IMG/VR virus record: IMGVR_UViG_3300027114_000015
Coordinates: 1 to 25,144 of that record
DNA: 25,144 nucleotides
Source of the DNA: a virus
Lineage: Duplodnaviria; Caudoviricetes
Reading direction: 5' to 3' (one strand)
The translations under genes and the position numbers were made by a program. Under the pieces are notes generated by a model. That model worked only from the letters and a program-made list of their open reading frames with translations, searched no databases and was not told the DNA's origin. Each line of letters starts with the position of its first letter. Positions within the stretch are counted from its first letter, which is position 1. This document shows, piece by piece, positions 22,159-25,144 of the stretch.

Positions 22159-23090
22159 GCGAAGAGAAAATCGAAGTTGTTGAAGAAAAGGACGGTTCGG
22201 CCGTTGTTGAGCTGCCGGAGAACATTGATAACCCGCAGGCAGAGCCCGAGGAGACTCAATCGGCTGATGCGGCGGCAGATGATGACCAAGATCACCCAGA
22301 CGATACTGATGCCGTGCGAGAGGCCCGTAGAGCTCGTCGTCGTGCTAAGAAGGAGCTGATCAAGCGCACGAACGAAGAGAAGGACCATCGTTTGACGCTG
22401 CTTCAAAAGCAGAATCAGGAGTTAATGGAGCGCCTGTCTGTTATTGAGCGCAAATCCCATAGCTCTGATATTGCCCGGGTTGATAAAGCAATCGAAGACG
22501 AAAAGCTTCGGATGCAATATGCCGCGGCAAAGATGCGGGAGGCCACAGACAATTCTGACGGCGCTACGCTCACGAAGGCTCAAGAGATGTGGTACGAGAG
22601 CCGCCGTAAGCTCGAGGCCCTTGATGGCCTGCGCCAACGGGTTGCTGAGGCAAATACCCAAGATAACAGCGCAATTAACCCCCGGGTTCAGCGTTTGGCC
22701 AACCAGTGGATTGAAAGCAATCCTTGGTATGACCCGGCAAATGGGGATGATGAGGACAGCCAAATTGCCAAAATCATCGACCAAAAGCTGATGAAGGAGG
22801 GTTATGACCCTGCAAGCGAAGATTATTGGGATGAGCTGGATAAACGCTTGTCAAAACGCTTGCCCCATAGATACAATGAATCGTATGACGAAGCTCCAAA
22901 AAGGAGGCCCAAAAGTTTTGTGACGGGATCTAGTCGTGAGGTTGCATCCGGTGGCGGAGGGAGAAATTCCTTCGTATTAGCACCTGAGCAGGTCCGAGCG
23001 ATGAAGGATGCGGGTATGTGGGATGACCCAGATAAACGCGCCAAGATGATCAAGCGATATGCACAAGAAGCACGAAACTATAAAGGGTAA
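22155..23090 (+). CDS. putative capsid scaffolding protein
   Basis: Acidic N-terminus, long coiled coil, NPWY motif, C-terminal helix-loop-helix; position upstream of capsid genes. Confidence 0.7.
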   Translation: MSEEKIEVVEEKDGSAVVELPENIDNPQAEPEETQSADAAADDDQDHPDDTDAVREARRARRRAKKELIKRTNEEKDHRLTLLQKQNQELMERLSVIERKSHSSDIARVDKAIEDEKLRMQYAAAKMREATDNSDGATLTKAQEMWYESRRKLEALDGLRQRVAEANTQDNSAINPRVQRLANQWIESNPWYDPANGDDEDSQIAKIIDQKLMKEGYDPASEDYWDELDKRLSKRLPHRYNESYDEAPKRRPKSFVTGSSREVASGGGGRNSFVLAPEQVRAMKDAGMWDDPDKRAKMIKRYAQEARNYKG

Positions 23091-23095
23091 CGAAT

Positions 23096-23638
23096 ATGGA
23101 CTCACGTCTTAAAAAATCAATCTCTGCCGGTGGTCGCGAAACTCGCGCAAGCGAGGACGCCAGCCGGGCTGCACCTGAAGAAAAGTTCATGTCAGCGCAG
23201 GAACGTCGAAAGATGTGGAGCGATGAGTGGACACAGAGTGCGCTGCCAAAGGTCCCCGATGTTAAGGGATGGCACTTTTGCTGGTTATCAACCACCAATT
23301 CTTACGACAGTATTGATAAGCGGATGCGTCTGGGGTACATACCCGTGAAAGCGGAGGAGTTCCACGGATTTGAAAATTACCGCGTAAAAGCTGGCGAAGA
23401 CATTGGATTCATTGCCTGTAATGAGATGCGCCTGTACAAGATCCCTATGGAGATTTATCAGGACATCATGTTGCAGATGCACCATGAGAAGCCCATGGAA
23501 GAGGCGGATAAGATCCGTGTCCAAGTGGAGAATCTTCAGGGTGCACGTGACAGCTCGGGTAGATCCCTTGCTGGGGTTGAAGGCGAAGGCTTTGGCGAAT
23601 TGGACCGAAATGTACAAGCCCCCGTATTCCACGGGTAA
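23096..23638 (+). CDS. head-module hypothetical protein
   Basis: LPKVP..KGWHFCWL...RMRLGYIPVK...LYKIP pattern, between scaffold and capsid genes. Confidence 0.75.
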   Translation: MDSRLKKSISAGGRETRASEDASRAAPEEKFMSAQERRKMWSDEWTQSALPKVPDVKGWHFCWLSTTNSYDSIDKRMRLGYIPVKAEEFHGFENYRVKAGEDIGFIACNEMRLYKIPMEIYQDIMLQMHHEKPMEEADKIRVQVENLQGARDSSGRSLAGVEGEGFGELDRNVQAPVFHG

Positions 23639-23659
23639 CCTTCTATAAAGGAGTTAGAA

Positions 23660-24235
23660 ATGTCTGCAACCTCTGCTCCGTTCGGCCTGCGTCCTGCGTT
23701 CCACCCTACCGGTTTGGATCGCGCTCAGGCGCTCGCTGGCGGTATCGCTTCTGGCTATGCCAGTAATATCCTCAAGGGTCAGCCGGTCAAGTTTGTGACT
23801 GGTGGTGTTATCGAAGCAGCAGCCGCTGGTGATTCATTTGCCGGTGCGTTTGCTGGTGTCGAGTTCACTGATACCACTGGCCGCCGTCGTGTCTCGAACT
23901 ACTGGCCTGCCAACACGGCATACCAGACCGGTTCTTGCGTGGCTTACTTCTACAACGATCCCAACATCGTTTATGAGATCCAAGCCGACGGTTCTTTGGC
24001 TCAAACCTCGATTGGTGACGAAGCTGACCTCAGCAACGTGACCGCAGGTTCAACGACGACTGGTCTGTCTCAGGCTACCCTCTCCACCACCTTGGTTGGC
24101 GCTGGTAACTCTGCTCAGATGCGTATCGTGGATCTGGCCCCGTACCCCGACAATGCTTGGGGTGATTCCTATGTAATCGTCCGTGCTGTCATCGCCGAAT
24201 TCCAATTCGCCGGTGCTGCTGGCACCGCTATCTAA
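23660..24235 (+). CDS. capsid cement/decoration protein
   Basis: MSATSAPFGLRP start, Ala/Gly/Thr-rich, DPNIVYEIQ motif, strong RBS, immediately before the major capsid gene. Confidence 0.7.
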   Translation: MSATSAPFGLRPAFHPTGLDRAQALAGGIASGYASNILKGQPVKFVTGGVIEAAAAGDSFAGAFAGVEFTDTTGRRRVSNYWPANTAYQTGSCVAYFYNDPNIVYEIQADGSLAQTSIGDEADLSNVTAGSTTTGLSQATLSTTLVGAGNSAQMRIVDLAPYPDNAWGDSYVIVRAVIAEFQFAGAAGTAI

Positions 24236-24251
24236 AAGGAGGGCGTAGAAA

Positions 24252-25144
24252 ATGGCAGCCCCGATGCGTAGTACCGACTTTCGTTCGATTGTTGAGCCAA
24301 TCCTCAACGAGTGCTTCGACGGAGTCTATGACCAGCGTACCGACGAGTGGAGCCGTGTGTTCCGCGAGCAAGAAGGTATTCCCCGCAACTATCACGAAGA
24401 GCCAGTCCTTTACGGCTTTGGCGCAGCACCTCAACTGCCTGACGGAACTCCTGTTTCGTACCAGCAGGGTGGTGTGCTCTTCCTGAAGCGCTATGTGTAC
24501 AACGTGTATGGCCTCGCCTTCGCGTTGACCAAAGTGCTCGTGGAAGACGGCGACCACATCCGTATCGGTCAGGTGTATGCACGTCACCTTGCTCAGTCTC
24601 TGATTGAGACCAAGGAGACCCTGTGCGCCAACGTTCTGAACCGCGCTTTCAACGCCTCTTATGCAGGCGGCGACGGTGTTGCTCTGAACAGCGCATCGCA
24701 CCCCATCGTGAATGGTACTTTCAGCAACCTGCTGACCACCGCTGCTAACCTCAGCCAGACCTCTCTTGAGCAGATGCTCATCCAGATCCGTCAGGCAGTG
24801 GACAACAACGGCAAGAAGATCCGTCTGGTGCCCCGTCAGTTGGTCGTGGCTCCCGGCAACGTCTTCCAAGCAGAGGTTCTGCTGAAGTCTGTTCTCCGTG
24901 CTGGCAACGCTAACAACGACATCAACCCCATCAAGTCCATCGGACTGCTCGATGAGGGTGCTGCTGTCCTCTCCCGTCTGACTTCTCCCACTGCATGGTG
25001 GGTGCAGACTGACGCTCCTGAGGGCATGAAGCTTCTGATGCGTCGTAAGCTTGAGAAGACCATGGAAGGTGACTTCGAAACTGACTCGATGCGCTATAAG
25101 GCAACCGAGCGTTACGACGTTGGCTTCACTGATCCTCGTGCCGT
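24252..25144 (+). CDS. major capsid protein (partial, runs off right edge)
   Basis: Not in the ORF track because no stop lies in the window. AAGGAGG RBS; MAAPMRSTDFRSIVEPILNECF...YGFGAAPQLPDG...YGLAFALTKVLVED...GGDGVAL...HP; high-expression codon bias. Confidence 0.9.
   Translation, partial: MAAPMRSTDFRSIVEPILNECFDGVYDQRTDEWSRVFREQEGIPRNYHEEPVLYGFGAAPQLPDGTPVSYQQGGVLFLKRYVYNVYGLAFALTKVLVEDGDHIRIGQVYARHLAQSLIETKETLCANVLNRAFNASYAGGDGVALNSASHPIVNGTFSNLLTTAANLSQTSLEQMLIQIRQAVDNNGKKIRLVPRQLVVAPGNVFQAEVLLKSVLRAGNANNDINPIKSIGLLDEGAAVLSRLTSPTAWWVQTDAPEGMKLLMRRKLEKTMEGDFETDSMRYKATERYDVGFTDPRA

Overview
A 25 kb slice of a tailed dsDNA bacteriophage genome (Caudoviricetes; lambdoid-type replication genes plus a P22-like portal/scaffold head module). 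From left to right: a leftward early operon with an SSB-like gene; a divergent promoter pair with a palindromic operator and a Cro/YdaS-like gene but no adjacent CI; a replication/recombination block (two DUF1376/YdaU paralogs with iteron-like repeats, SF4 helicase, RusA, YbcO-like nuclease); a 3 kb array of small unknown genes punctuated by three copies of a promoter + 5'-hairpin + RBS cassette and four GGGGC-loop-GCCCC hairpins; terminase small and large subunits; two very large multidomain proteins inserted between terminase and portal; then portal, GroES-like co-chaperonin, scaffold, capsid cement protein and the major capsid protein, which runs off the end. The most interesting candidates are (1) the two giant proteins, whose enzyme-like modules (ADP-ribosyltransferase-like, zincin-like, HhH glycosylase-like) are often separated or ended by a repeated Gly-Gly/Lys-Ala linker, suggesting a processed, virion-delivered effector polyprotein, and (2) the modular promoter/hairpin cassette array. 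All family calls come from motif recognition by eye; no searches were run.
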